From assembly GCF_006345805.1 (NCBI RefSeq), contig NC_043000.1, positions 48,918,001 to 48,982,000 of the forward strand: DNA of 64,000 nucleotides, given 5' to 3'. Each line of letters opens with the position of its first letter. Within the stretch, counting starts at the first letter, position 1. This document shows, in pieces, positions 39,076 to 53,787 of this stretch. A program made the position numbers and the translations under genes. The DNA is from Octopus sinensis. Its lineage: Eukaryota. The notes beneath the pieces were generated by a model that was not told where the DNA came from, ran no database searches, and saw nothing but the letters and a program-made list of their open reading frames with translations.

Positions 39076-42034
39076 TATCAGACACCCACACCTTCGCTTA
39101 TACATATATACATACATACATGTGTATATATATGAATTCATTCATTTTACGGAATTGTTGGCCATGTACTTTATACTACTGCTTTAGGTTTACACTTAAG
39201 CTGCTTGAGTTTAAGTTATTATCATAGGTTTGGTACATTTTGTGCAAGCGTAATCAACAAAGGAAAGTATCTGGTCTACTTTTCATGTGGGAAGGTAGTT
39301 GGCAACATTTACGACTGCCTTCTAGTTCCTTGCAATATTTATTCACAAAATTTACTTTCCAATTTCAAATGATGCTGAAACCAACTGCATCTGCGATAAA
39401 ATAAAATACAAGCTAGTTACTGTTAATACGATACGATCGTCTATTCTCCTTCCCCAAATTTCAAGCTGTGTTTAAATCAGTTGAAGATATGCTTTCTTAT
39501 ACGCTCTCTTGAATTTGCAGTTGAGCAGTGCAAGTAGTTGAAGAAATTGAATGGATATCAGCTTTGTTCTTTTATCTGACTTGTTCTTTTTATCTGACTT
39601 AGTGCAGATCATGGCACTAGTCATAAAAAACACATTATTGATTTCTATATTATGATAAGGATAGTTCATCCTAGGGCGGTGTCTTAACTGAGCAGATAGA
39701 TGCCTAACCATGTGCCAGCCGTGAACACCTCATCCTTTTCCAAGATACTGTTCACCCGAAACGATATTATACAAAGTATTGTCTTTTTCTAAGATGTTAG
39801 GGCATGATTTCCGGGTAAATTGGCTTCTATATCAATCAGGTTGAGTGGTTAGCTAACATTGCTCCGATAAGCATTGTGTTGGTTGTATTCTGAAGCGTAA
39901 TGATATTCTAATTGCCATTCAAAGAAGAGTTATTGTCCAACGCCTAATTCTATTGAGTGTGTCTAAGACGAGAACTCTGTCTTATAGAACATAGATTCCT
40001 CAGCAATTTTCCGACTTCTATGGTTTCGATTGATATAACGTTAATGTACACAAATACATACACTTGTTTTTGTTGCATTCGCACGTGAGTGTGCGACTTA
40101 TATACATGCATCGATACGTACTTATTGTTTGTAATAAATGAGAATTAGATGATCCATTTTTATCTTAATATTTCAACTCTGTGATCTTGGAATCATTCCT
40201 AGATAAGTAACCATCAGCAGTTACGTAGAAACACGATGCGAAATTCATTCAGAATTTCAATGTGATCTCTTTGAAATGCTAGTTAAATGCAATGATTCAC
40301 ATGGATGATATTGTACATCAGACCGTTCAGGTTTTATTACCTTTCATCTAACCTACACTGAAACATTATGAGGTCATAACTGAACAAAGTAAAAAGCCAG
40401 TTACGAAGTTAATAACAACATCCGTTATACATTATTTCGTGTGTCTGCTTCAGAAATACTGCTTTTATTTGCCAACTAGCTATTAGACGTCACACTACTT
40501 TGATACAGCGCATAAAGCTAGCCACATTAAATATACTGAATAATATGAAACAGTAGGTAGAAGTCGTGGTATCAGTTAGAAGTTTAGCAATTGGATTTCT
40601 TTAAATATCAGTCTTATTCCAATACAAACATTATTATATATCAGTATCTCTAATCTAATATCTAGACAATATGTTTGTTTTATGCATTGCTTTAATATTA
40701 TATTTGCCATAATCGATATGCATATCAATCTCTCTAATTAACTGAAATCGAAATACGAGTAATTGGTTTTCTGACCAAATTTGTTTCCCCCTTTTTTAAA
40801 GACTTTCTGCTCTTTACTAAAATGATTAGTGACGTAATTGTTTCTTAAATCCTTTTGATGTTTGCTCATAGAAAAGTCGATACTACTTTTGAAAATGTTG
40901 AAGAAATCGCTACGTTGCTGGCTTTATAGTTCTTATCGCAAAATAAATCATGTATGTAAATGTATAGCTGTGATGACAAATTCGATGAAGCGATCAAATT
41001 TTCTTACATGTCCCAAGATTATTCGATTTAATAATATATGTATGTATTCTCTATTTTTCAAACTTTTACGATTTTTTTATTTAGACTTCTGAATGAATGA
41101 TATACAAGCACAGATAATTTTAGCATTACTTTCTGGAATGCTCATAAAAAGTACATTTAAATTATAGAACTTGAAGATAAGTATATTTTGAAGAAGCATA
41201 AATTATTTAATTGTTAGGCAATGAAGTTATTTTGTCATTTTCAAATTATTTCAGCAAATCTTTTGATCTAGAAAGTATTTTTGAAGAGAAAAAAAATCCC
41301 GCGGAATATTTTTAAAAGAATGAAAGATATCTGGAGGTTAGTGTAGCTGTCGAAATTCGGAGTATAGTTGATTTAGGGTGTGAAGGTTTTGACCAAACAG
41401 GATAGTGCTCATTATAAAATGAAATATGAGGTTAATTATTGCTTCGATTGATTTTAGCTTCCAAATACAAAGTTACCGATTTTGGACATTTCTTCATTAG
41501 ATGCAGAGGTATTATACCGAAGTGTTTTTTATAGTTTATGCAGGAACTAACCAGTGGCAAGTTAATTTTCTCATATAGATTTTATATCGTAATAGCTTAG
41601 TAGTATATAAAGATAATTTTGATTAAGCTTGTAATGATCAAAATCAATAACGTATATGTATGTATGTATGTATGTAGGTAGGTAGATAGGTAGGTAGGTA
41701 GGTATGTATTTGTCTGATTATTTTTGTATGTATAGGTTAGCCTCGATTAATTTTCATTTCCTTTATTGTAGCAGAGACATCCGCTACAGGGAGTATCAGT
41801 ATAAATGCTTACAAACATTATGTAGGTATGCACGTATATAAAGTTTGGGCATGCGTTATGTATGCGTGCATGTATATGTACAAGCCTGTATGTGTGTATA
41901 TGAAAAGATGTGTTTAAATATGTGTTTAATAAACACGCAGTTTTGAAATGTTTTGTGTGCGTGTGTAAAGAGAGAGAGAGAAAGCGAGAGCGACAGATAG
42001 AGATATAGATAACAAACAGATAGACGGACAAATA

Positions 42035-42041
42035 GACAGAC

Positions 42042-42078
<37 letters not shown>

Positions 42079-42195
42079 TATAGATAGATAGATGGATGGA
42101 TGGATGGATGGATGGATGGATGGATGGATGGATGGATGGATGGATAGACAGACAGACAGACAGACAGAATGACATACATACAGATAGATGGATGG
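42035..42195. repeat. (GATA)/(GATG)/(GACA) compound tetranucleotide repeat
   Basis: Direct reading. Confidence 0.95.
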
Positions 42196-44812
42196 ATGCC
42201 CGGCTCTTCCAGTTCTTCAATACTTGATGGATGAGGTATTTTGTATCGCTTTCCCAGGATCAAATTTACCACAATGTACTTTCATATATTCTTAAATATT
42301 TAAGAAATTAATGAAATCATATTATTCCCTACATATTTTTGAGTGAGCTGGTCGACGCTAAATCTAATCTGAAAAGAGTACGAAGATGTAACACTACGTG
42401 TAGCATGTAGATTTGGACTAGAGTCAGATGTTAATGAATCTCCGAAGTCGAAAGACTCTAGCAGCAGCAGCAGTAGTAGTAGCAGTAGTAGTAGTAGTAG
42501 TAGTCGTTTATTTTTGTTGTAATATTTTTTTGCTCTACGTTCAGCTCTCGTAAATAAGTCACATGAGCTGCTCCGACAATCTCGTCATTCGTTCAGACAG
42601 TTAACTTAATGCTCTATCATTCAATATATTTTGTTTTGTTTTCTGTTTTTTAAGTGTGTAGGTTGCAGTTTGAGCGACATTTTCTCAAATGTATTGCTAA
42701 TGACTTTTAGTGCGTTGAGACGTGGTGGAATCACCTCCATCCGACTTATAATTCTTATATTCCATCTCACACTTCTACCCACCTAAAAAATTATGTCTTG
42801 ATTCTCTATCCTTCTCTATCCTTGTCAATTGTATATAAGCCTCACGCACGCCTACACGATGTATCACCAGCTACGAAACACTTGTTTTAAAAGCTTCTCT
42901 CCTGAACTGTTTTCTTACAAAATTCTTGCCTGCCGTAATATTCTTCGTAATATCGATCTGAAAACTCCATCTGAACTCTAAATACATTACTTTCACAAGA
43001 TTGTAAATGACATGATCACAAAAATTTCAATTCGAAACTAATGAAATTTTATTTCTGGACTGAAATTGTTGAATGACTATGAAGGACACCAGTATTAAAT
43101 AGTATTTGCTCTCTATTTTTATATCGACAATTTTATGCTTTTACATAAAAATCCATTTGAAACGACAATACAAAATTCTTAGAATGTGAGGACCCCGTTC
43201 AACTTCTCAATTCATTAACGAATGAGAATTTTTTCATGTATATGCGATTTCTGTTGTGAGCTGTATTAAGTTCAAATAGTCAAGCATTGCATACACATCT
43301 TCACGTTGATGCCAAAGTATGTATTACACAAATATCTCACTCTCAGCAAAATTCGCACTAAATCTTTCAATGAAAAAAAAATTAAATCTAAGAGTACAAA
43401 AAAAATAAGTTTGAAGCTTTGCAGTTCAACTAGTGAGCGTCAGTTGATTTTCCTACGTTTATAGGGGTGTTTGTATTTTAAAATGTAATGCAATAACACA
43501 ACTACATTACTTACTGACTCACCCATGTCAATGTAAACACACCCACACACATACACACATGGCGTTCATGTACAAGAATTCAAGAATAATTGATACAATT
43601 GTATAATAGACAACAAAATGAAATTTATCAGCCCCTGTGCTTCCTTAGAGGCTTTCTCTGAGAAAAACCGGAAGGCTTATGGTCTGAAAAGTAGTGTCTA
43701 TATAGCAAGCAAGATGAGAGAAAATAGAGACTCTAGTTCGTTTGCATCAGTATGTAGTATTCATAATTTCTCATCTCAGAAATTTAGAGAAGAATTATCT
43801 TTACAATCAATCTAAACCAGAAACAAAACTGCTGCATAATTGCGAATTTAATATGATTTCTTTAATATTGATAATTTGTATATGCCATATTTATATTTAA
43901 CAGGAATGATATATATATTCAGTCTGACTCATCTATCTTTCATGTATCTCAGCTGTTTTTAATTGTCGTAAAGTTAAACAGAGTAAATGTTAATTTCCAA
44001 GAGTTTCACATTAATATATATATGATGTTCCCATAATGGTATTAAGTTATAATTTCTTTGATATTGATGAGTGTAAATGGAAACGAAATTAAATTTTATA
44101 ATTCATGATGATATTAAATTATTCGTTGATTTTTCTTTGTTATTTAATCAATATAAGAGTATCGATTCCTTGCTGTGTTGCTTTGTAGAGTTGTTGCAAA
44201 TATTCCACATTGAATACTTAATGATATATTTATCTATATTTATCTGTAATTTCTAAACTTAACTGTACTTCGAGCAAATTTATACTTTTGTTGGCTTCTA
44301 TCCTTGAAACCCACGCTTACTAGGCCACTGCCTTAACAGATACTGGTGGTACATATAAATCCTAGTATAAATTTCGTTCTGAAACGAAATACATTGTTCT
44401 ATGCCGAATAACTAATTTAAAATTGATGTGAAGGGACGCAAAGTGATATTCCATTTCACATCGGTTGACATACATGGAGGCATAAATCCATGCGCTTGCG
44501 TGTCAGTAAATGACTATTGCTTCTTTGATTGATACATGAGGAATATATATACACGTATGTGTATAGATATGAGATAGATAGATAGATACATACATACATA
44601 CATACATACATACATGCATGCATGCATAAATACATACATGCATACATACATGGATATGTTTGCGGACGTGTTTGTGTGTGCGTGTGTTTATGTTTATGTG
44701 AGTATTGAGCAGTGTTTAGGAATACGCGAACATTAGATTGGTTAAAATTTGTGATATATTTTACTTTCTCAAGGCAAATACACTGAAGTTACCGTGGACA
44801 AAAACCTATCTC

Positions 44813-45082
44813 ATGGTAAAACCCTAGAAAACACCAAATCTGCTCAGTGTTGCTGCTTGTCGGACTCTCAAGCGCAGCGTCTCTAGCTCTTTAGCCGTTA
44901 TTAATGGGAATTACGGTAAACTCTGGGCAGATTTAAAGCTGTTGCTTCAAATAAAACCTAGTCAATAACATTGATAGAGTCGCGCTGTTAGACCGCCAAG
45001 TCGGGGAAAATTCAGTAGTATCGGCGCTGAGCAGTGCTTAGGTAACACTCGCAAATATGGTGTTTTTAAATGTTTTTACCAT
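44813..45082. mobile_element. Possible old MITE
   Basis: Imperfect ~45-bp inverted termini (atggtaaaa.......aaacacca.at.tgc..agtgtt). Confidence 0.35.
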
Positions 45083-45173
45083 CAGAAAGAACTTTCTCTT
45101 CATAGAAACTGCAGTGAATACGCCTTTAGAATTTTAAATATGTCACAAACGTATTTTAACTACTCTAAAGCTC

Positions 45174-45210
<37 letters not shown>

Positions 45211-45272
45211 TACTTAACACAAACACTCTCTCTCTCATTCGTGCACACACATATATGTGTGTCTATGTATAT

Positions 45273-45347
<75 letters not shown>

Positions 45348-46247
45348 TGATGACACCGGAAAAAATTATGTAATGTACTTCATTAACTTACACCTGTTTC
45401 TGCTATAATGATGAGGTGAACTCTTAGTCGAGTGCCTGGGTAACATCCTAAAGTGTCATAAGGCCCTTGAATATGAAACCCACTTTAGTTGGGAAAGTTA
45501 CATTCCCAAAACATACATGATATAGCCATTACATAAACCTTCTCACTCATAATGCTTGTAAGTTCTGAAAATGTAACTCTCAAATAAATTGCACTTGATA
45601 TTCAAGGCTCCGATTAGATTATAGGATGTCATCTACATATTCAATTAAGAGTACAGTACTTCCTATAGCAGAAATAGCTGTAAGCTATGAAGTTCACTAC
45701 ATAACATTTGTTTTTTCAGGGAAATTATTATACGGCAGAAAAAATGTTCAAAGAAAATACTTCTGGAGAGAATGCTTTAAAAGAAGTGTTTTGTAGCTGG
45801 TGTTACACTAAGTAGGTGTGTGTAAGATTTATATACACTTGACTAGAGCAGGAGAGCAATTATAGTTTTTAGGTGCGCTAGAAGTGAAAAATTGAATAAA
45901 CCCATATAAAATCTGGTCGAATTTGACACTTCAGTAAGTGTCAACCCGAAATTTGCCTTTCGGTTCACCTACCCAGGGTAAAACAACTTACATTCTACAA
46001 TTCTTATACGCACTCGAATGAAAAGGCTTCTTCTTCACAACCCAACTAAGCAAAATCTTATAATGGCTCATATTCTCTTTCATTACTTCTCAGATAGCTC
46101 CGTCTACTGAAAATATTATTATACCCTCCAATGCATACTAAACTAACTATCCACTCTCTTGTATTTTAACTTAATTTATTTATATTTAAAAATATTTTAC
46201 TCAGATATTTATATATTTTCATTCTATTATTTTTGCTAAGTGAAGAG

Positions 46248-46516
46248 GCGGTTAGGATATTCTTTTATTAGCGGTTAGGATATTCAGCTCACGATCATGA
46301 GTTCGGTTTCTGGTAGATTCTGTATTTCAAATAGCCAGCCTTGTCACATTCTGTGTCACGCTGAATCTCTCTGAGAACCCTAACCCTAACCCTAAGAACT
46401 ACATGAAGGTACGTGTCTATGAAGTCCTCAGGCATTTGAAAGTTAATTTTCAAGACCAGGCTGTTCCTTCGTTGGATTAGCTGGAACACTCGTAAACGTA
46501 GCCGACGGAGTGCCAA
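46248..46516 (+). mobile_element. tRNA-derived SINE (third family) with internal telomeric insert
   Basis: Duplicated 15-nt head gcggttaggatattc (46248, 46271), B-box-like gagttcggtttc, ends ccgacggagtgcca. Confidence 0.55.
46376..46395 (-). repeat. Short interstitial (TTAGGG)3 telomeric tract
   Basis: aaccctaaccctaaccctaa, with GAAC at 46375-46378 and again at 46396-46399. Confidence 0.7.
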
Positions 46517-47384
46517 TTAATTATTTTTGTTTGATGATGGTTATGCTACAGTTCCATATATAGTTAAAAACTTTCTAGTTTTAGCGGCATTTCGTCCGGC
46601 TTTACATCAGAGTTCGCCAAGAAGTTGACAAACTGAGTACTACTTGGACACTGGGGTCAATATAATCGACTAATCCGTCTCCCAATATAATCAAACTTAT
46701 TATCTGTTTTAATATTAGCTTCGTTCTTATTAGTATCACATATAATTCAGCTAATCATGTGTTATTGTCAAAATATCACTGCACGTCTGTATTACAAATT
46801 TAGGTTAATTTTAAAGAAAACTATTTTATTTCAAAGTCTGTTTTCAAATAATTTAATACTTTCTGTTATGGAATAAGTATTACAGGTATACTAAGACCAG
46901 TGTACACTTTCATATAAATTACATCATTATAACATACATTACACTATATCGAAGAATATACAACCTTTAATAGCACACACGCATCTTTCGCTCATACAAT
47001 AGCATAAATAGAATATCCTATTCACTAAATTTACCAGCTAAAAAAGAATACGTTACAATCAGCTTTTAAAACTTTGTAGAAAATTAAAATATTCAGTCCA
47101 GAATTTATTCGACATTTTGGTAGTATTTCTTTTGGATTACGTCATATGCTGCAAGCGCTAAAATATAACATGGTCGGTGTTAACAATGAGCTGTTCATGG
47201 CATTACATCATATACCATTGCCGTTAAAACAATAAAAGCTTCTGTCATATAATTCATGAGTTAACACAGTAGCTTATATAATAATATATCTGCAGTGAAA
47301 GTAATACTGCATATTGGATAGTGATAAATCTGTGATAAATGTAACATTACAGTTAAATAAACATTATATACGCGTGGTACATCC

Positions 47385-47449
47385 GTATATATATATATAT
47401 AATTATATATTATATATATATATATATATACATACATACATACATACAT

Positions 47450-47523
<74 letters not shown>

Positions 47524-47561
47524 CATACACACTATACATATATATATATAAGATATATATA

Positions 47562-47600
<39 letters not shown>

Positions 47601-47624
47601 GTGTGTGTATATATATATTATATA

Positions 47625-47675
<51 letters not shown>

Positions 47676-47677
47676 TT

Positions 47678-47753
<76 letters not shown>

Positions 47754-47756
47754 GTA
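47385..47756. repeat. Long (TA)n-rich microsatellite
   Basis: Direct reading. Confidence 0.95.
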
Positions 47757-48287
47757 TTAGAAGAATGAGGTACTCAGAAAATCGGATGGTTTATATTTAC
47801 AATATTTATTTGTATATTACATTTTTTATACATCAGATAACTTAGATCATGTATTAGCGCTTTCTCCCATTCTAGTGGGGTTTTCAAATATAAACTAAGT
47901 TCCTGTGTGAAAAGTTTTGACCATTTTATAGTGGTATTGAGTTTATAGTGGTGGGAAGGAATATAAGACACTGATGGATGAGGAGAAAGTGAGAGAGAGA
48001 GAGAGCGTGTGTGTGTGTGTGTGTGCGTGTGTGTGTGTGTGTGTGTGTGCGTGTGTGTGTGTGTGCTTTTGTATTTGGATAGAGTGCGAAAGAAAAAGAG
48101 GGGTAGGGAGAGGGAAGAAGAAGAAAATAATTTTATTTGGTCTGCTGGACAGCATGCTTACTCCAGGTGGGGTTTAAGATCTTGGTGAAAAAGAATTTCC
48201 ATTTTGACCATTTCATAGTGTTATTGAGTGCGTGGTGGCGGGGAGGTAGACCATAAATTATATTTCTTTTTATCATTGTGAGAGAGA

Positions 48288-48324
<37 letters not shown>

Positions 48325-48838
48325 TAATGAGGGATGGTCAAATGTTTTTTGGGGTTTAGAGAAGAAGAATTCTTTTTATGATTGTTTTGTAGAGGTATGT
48401 GTGTGTGTGTCTGTGTGTTGTGTGTGTGTGGGTGTCTGTGAGTTTGGAGAAGGGAAGAAAGGAGAAGTGTATATATACAGACACAGGGAGAGAGAGACAG
48501 ATAAACAGAGACAGAGAGAGATGTCTTTGCAGATAGATGCGTATATATATATGGATATATAGCATACGTTTAAATACATAAACTTACGTCTGTCATACAT
48601 CTATACATATATGCATGTAAATTTATATATACAGACAGACAGACAGACAGATAGATTGATTAGATGGATAGATAAGTACAGATATAGTAGCGCATAGATT
48701 AACTGAGTAGGAAATTGGGCCCAAAAGAAAACACAAATATTTAAGATAAATTATAAAGTGACGGATGGAAATTTTCTGCGCTTTCTACATCATGTCATTT
48801 TTCATACTCTTTCGAAGTAATGTTTCTCAATTCATATA

Positions 48839-48871
<33 letters not shown>

Positions 48872-48929
48872 AAACACACATTTAGATATACATATATGTA
48901 TGTATATATATATATGTATATATATATTT

Positions 48930-48976
<47 letters not shown>

Positions 48977-49012
48977 CATACACACACACATACATATTAT
49001 ATATATATATAT

Positions 49013-49054
<42 letters not shown>

Positions 49055-49239
49055 GTATGTATGTATGTATATGTATATAATGTTTCAAAATATAGATTTC
49101 AGTGTAGCATGAATTATATATTCTGTAGTCTTTGTATTACTTACCTTGTAAATTTATTCTGTTCTTATATATATATTACTATCCTTTTTACCAACATTAA
49201 TTATTCTTTTCTACTCTAGGAAGAAGGCTCGAAATTGTG

Positions 49240-49268
49240 TAGTAGTAGTAGTAGTAGTAGTAGTAGTA

Positions 49269-49307
<39 letters not shown>

Positions 49308-49331
49308 CATCAGCAGTGCAGCAGCAACAGT

Positions 49332-49389
<58 letters not shown>

Positions 49390-49410
49390 TGTAGTAGTAA
49401 CGGCAGCAGC
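49240..49410. repeat. (TAG)n/(CAG)n triplet array
   Basis: Direct reading. Confidence 0.95.
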
Positions 49411-50438
49411 AGCAACACCAGCACTTTTTCATCCCACAGTGGATTTCGAATGTCCTAGGTTTCCACGAAATATATAAATGTTCTAAATGTTTGAACATAA
49501 AAAAAAACATTTAAGATGATTGCATACTATTCTTCAGATCTTCAGAAACCAAACACTGTGTTAGAAAATACAATGATTAAGTCGTTCATATAATATATTG
49601 TCAGTATTTGAATACATTATTCTATATATATACTTACCATTGGATGTAATCATAGGCTTCATAGTAAATTTCTCTTTCATTATTGTATTCATCATAGGAT
49701 AATATAATTCTTGTTATGTTTGGAATTATTATATTACACTTCGATCAAATTTTTCGAAGCATAAAGTTGAAATAGTATAAGTTAAATACTAATATTACAT
49801 TTGTATATTGAACTATCTATTCAGTGGCAAATTGTTTATTGTCTCATTTAAATATGTCCTCCTATTGAAAATTGAAAGCAATTTTCTGTTGGTTAATTTC
49901 AAGTTGGTAATTGAAACATGTGCTTCGTAAATTATATCATTTCAATTGAAGCCAGATATTTTCATGCGTTACATTAGCTTTACAATTTTTGGATTGATTC
50001 CCAAACAATATTCATATAAATTTAACAATATCTCTATGTATTTTACTCACTAAGCCAGTATGAATTTATAAACAAGTCTTTAAATTCTAAGCAATTGATT
50101 TGTTCATTCTAATTCTCTGGAATAAATGCAAATTAATCTTGTTTTTCTATTGTTTATGTGTGTGTGCTAGACTTCCTAGTATGTATTTATGTATGTATTT
50201 ATGTATGTATCTATCTATCTATCTATCTATCTTATATATATATATATATATAATATACCCAGATAGATATAAACACACATACAAATAGGTGTGTGAGTTC
50301 GTGTGTGTATGTGTGTGTGCGCACGTATCTGTATGTCTATATATATATAATATATATATATATTTCTTTTTTGTATTTGGTTTGCAAGATTCTTTATGTG
50401 AATTCGTGTGATGAAGCATATTTTGTTGTGTCTCAGGA

Positions 50439-53107
50439 GAGTCATTCTATTTTAATGCCTTTTTGATTAACACACTCACCGTCCAATTTCCGCCCCTTTT
50501 TTTTACTTTTCTTTTAAAATTTTCGTTGCTTCTTGCAAACTCTTCAATAGTTGTTTACTCTGCCCGTTATCAGAGCTGCGTTCTTTTTGTTTATTTGTGC
50601 GCATGTGCGTGCGTCCGTGTGCATGTGTATACACATATGTATATACATATGTATTATGTATGTATATAAGTATGTATGAATGTGTGTACGCGTGTGTGTA
50701 CGCATATATATGTGTATGCGTGTGTGTACTTTATTATGTATATATTCTGCATATTCATGTGTTTGTGTATGTTTGTGTGTTTACGTGTGTGTGTGTGTGT
50801 GTGTGTATGTGTGTATGTGTGTGTGTGAGTGTGTGTGTGTGTGTGAGTGTATTTGCGTGTGTACCTCTGTCTCCTGAGTGCGTCTGCCCCACCAGGTCAC
50901 ACTGGAGAAAACCACCCATCATCACTTTCGCAGTGAAAAAAAGAGCACCGCAGAGCCTTGGAGTGGCTGGACCGCACCCACACAGGGGTCTTGAAAACAA
51001 CAGTCAGGTGAAAAGAATGATTGCACATGCAATAGGGGCTAGCATAAGAACCACCTTGAAAGACCACATAGTCAAGTTTAACAGGAAACTATACATGCAT
51101 GTTCACGGTGCAGCCATTGGTGTCGGTGAGGCTGGAGATGTCGTTGGCCACTTCATGACGTGGTGGGACAGAAAACTTAAACAATCTATAGCTGAACAAT
51201 CCAGAACTGTTTTTCTTCACTGTAGATAACATTAATATTTTAGATAGGACAAACTCTAGCAACTGTGGTGTAGAAATCAAGAGGAGCATAATGGAGAGCA
51301 TCCAGCACGTAGCTAACACCATCCACCAAAGTATCAAGGTAACAAATGATTACCCCACCAGGCAACATAACTTCAAACTCCTTGTTCTTGATATTGAACT
51401 TTGGTTAAAGACTGCAAAAAGAGTTCAGCTCCTCTACTCCTATTATATGAAACCCATAGCTTCTAAATAGGTTGCTCAAAAGAACTTAGCTTTGTCACAC
51501 CACATGAAAATCAACATACTCATAGCAGACTTAGGATAATGAAGAACATGTCCTATTTATACGAACCCTATGAAAGAAAAATACATGTACGGAACTTCAT
51601 ACACCGCATGCATTTCTCTGAATATAACCAAAAACATAGGATTCGAGTGTGCAGGGAAGCTAGGAAGAAGATAGGAAGTATTATATAAAAGCCAGTGGTT
51701 CCTGCCCTAGATACAGGAGTAAAGGCTGGAATAGAATAGAGAGAGTTTGTGACAAAACAAACAGGGCGAACACATAGTACAAGGCCGACAAATATCGAGA
51801 AGTTATGTTTGTAGAAGTCACAGTTCATGGAGTACTAGCACAAAGATCGTTGAAAAGCCAGGGACTTCAATCAGACCACTTCTTTCAGAATACCACATGC
51901 ACCAATGAAAATTGCATGGAATGAAAGTTGGGCCCTGGCATTAACTGTAAATCTAGAAATGCAGTCTACAGCATAAGGTGCATAGAGGGTGCTTGTAAAG
52001 GCAAGATCATGACATTGGTAAGATATCTAGAAGCATTTTGGAGAGGTTAAATGAACCTTTGAGACAATATATTTTACTAACATGCCAAAGACTAGCATGG
52101 AGACACACTGGGTCAACTTGACAACCGCATTGTATAAAAGCACCTGAAGGACCCAAAACTCAGACAAACAGAGGAGTACGTACTCATAAAGGAAATTCCC
52201 CTGTACTAAATAGAAGATAAACGTAGAAGGTAGTGATACCCCAATACCCAGAGTTTATACATGCGCAGGTAGATTTTTTAGTAACCTGTTATGAATGCGA
52301 GTGTATATTTATATAGGTAGGTAAGTAAACAGATAGATAAGTAAATAGACTGGTACATAGGTAATGCGGACAAACAAGCACTCACAGACACACACACATA
52401 TACACACATAAAAGGAAACAGTAACACATGACCATAAGCACACTCCACACACACACACACACACACACACACAACACACACAAGGCCACGCATGGAGACA
52501 CACATCCATACATAACAGACGCATTACAGTCGCACAAACGCATAGACACACTTAAACACTCAAACAGAAGGAGACAGAGGTACATACACAAATATACACA
52601 CACACTCACACACATATAAACACACAAACATGTTCACAAAAACACATGAATATGCAGAATACATACATAAAAAGGTACATGCTCGCATACATAATATATA
52701 TATATATATATATAATATGCATACAGACACGCGCATACACACATGCATGCGTTCATATATAATTATATGTATATACATGTACACTGTTGCACGCACATGC
52801 GGACAAACAAAAAACGAAAAGAACGCAGATCTGATAACGGACAAAGTCAACGACTATAGAAGGGGTTTCAAGAAGCAACGAAAATTTCAGAAGTAAAATA
52901 ATAATTGAGTGGCAATTGAACCGGTGAGTGTGTTAACTGACAAAGCATTAAGACATAATGACTCAACATTTACATAAATAATATATATATGTGCTTATGT
53001 GTTTATATATATTATATATATATATATATATATAGACTGGTATATAGACTGTTAGTAATACCAGCGATTATAATATTTTTATTCTATCGCAATTTGATTT
53101 GTTTATA
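50439..53107 (+). mobile_element. Penelope-like element (PLE-3): 5'-inverted pLTR + truncated RT-EN + microsatellite-rich 3' pLTR
   Basis: 50439-50875 is a diverged inverted copy of ~52570-52965. RT and GIY-YIG remnants lie on + between them. Confidence 0.85.
50900..52215 (+). pseudogene. PLE reverse transcriptase + GIY-YIG endonuclease pseudogene
   Basis: DHIVKFNRKLYMHVHGAAIG...FMTWWDRKL, VDNINI (YVDD position), ANTIHQSIKVTNDYP..KLLVLDIELW, YYMKP, NCKSRNAVYSIRC, IGKISRSILERLNE, DPKLRQTEE. Many stops and frameshifts. Confidence 0.88.
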
Positions 53108-53200
53108 ATATATATATATAATATATATATAAACAAATCAAATTGCGATAGAATAAAAATATTATAATCGCTGGTATTACTAACAGTCTATATACCAGTC

Positions 53201-53238
<38 letters not shown>

Positions 53239-53752
53239 CACATAAGCACATATATATATTATTTATGTAAATGTTGAGTCATATGTCTTAATGCTTTGTC
53301 AGTTAACACACTCACCGGTTCAATTGCCACTCAATATTATTTTACTTCTGAAATTTTCGTTGCTTCTTGAAACCCCTTCTATAGTCGTTGACTTTGTCCG
53401 TTATCAGATCTGCGTTCTTTTCGTTTTTTGTTTGTCCGCATTGTGCGTGCAACAGTGTACATGTATATACATATAATTATATATGAACGCTGCATGTGTG
53501 TATGCGCGTGTCTGTATGCATATTATATATAATATATATATATTGTATGCGAGCATGTACCTTTTTTATGTATGTATTCTGCATATTCATGTGTTTTTGT
53601 GAACATGTTTGTGTGTTTATATGTGTGTGAGTGTGTGTGTATATTTGTGTATGTACCTCTGTCTCCTTCTGTTTGAGTGTTTAAGAGTGTCTATGCGTTT
53701 GTGCGACTGTAATGCGTCTGTTATGTATGGATGTGTGTCTCCATGCGTGGCC

Positions 53753-53787
<35 letters not shown>

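Noticed and set aside
42190-42290. [21 protein letters not shown] resembling a Tc1 transposase C-terminal segment
   Set aside because: About 20 residues only, with no TIR or catalytic motif nearby.
50400-50445. TGATGA-AGCA-tattt-TGTT...GTC as a hammerhead in the PLE-3 inverted pLTR
   Set aside because: No C3, no GAAA, no stem I partner, and it is on the strand opposite to the pLTR sense.
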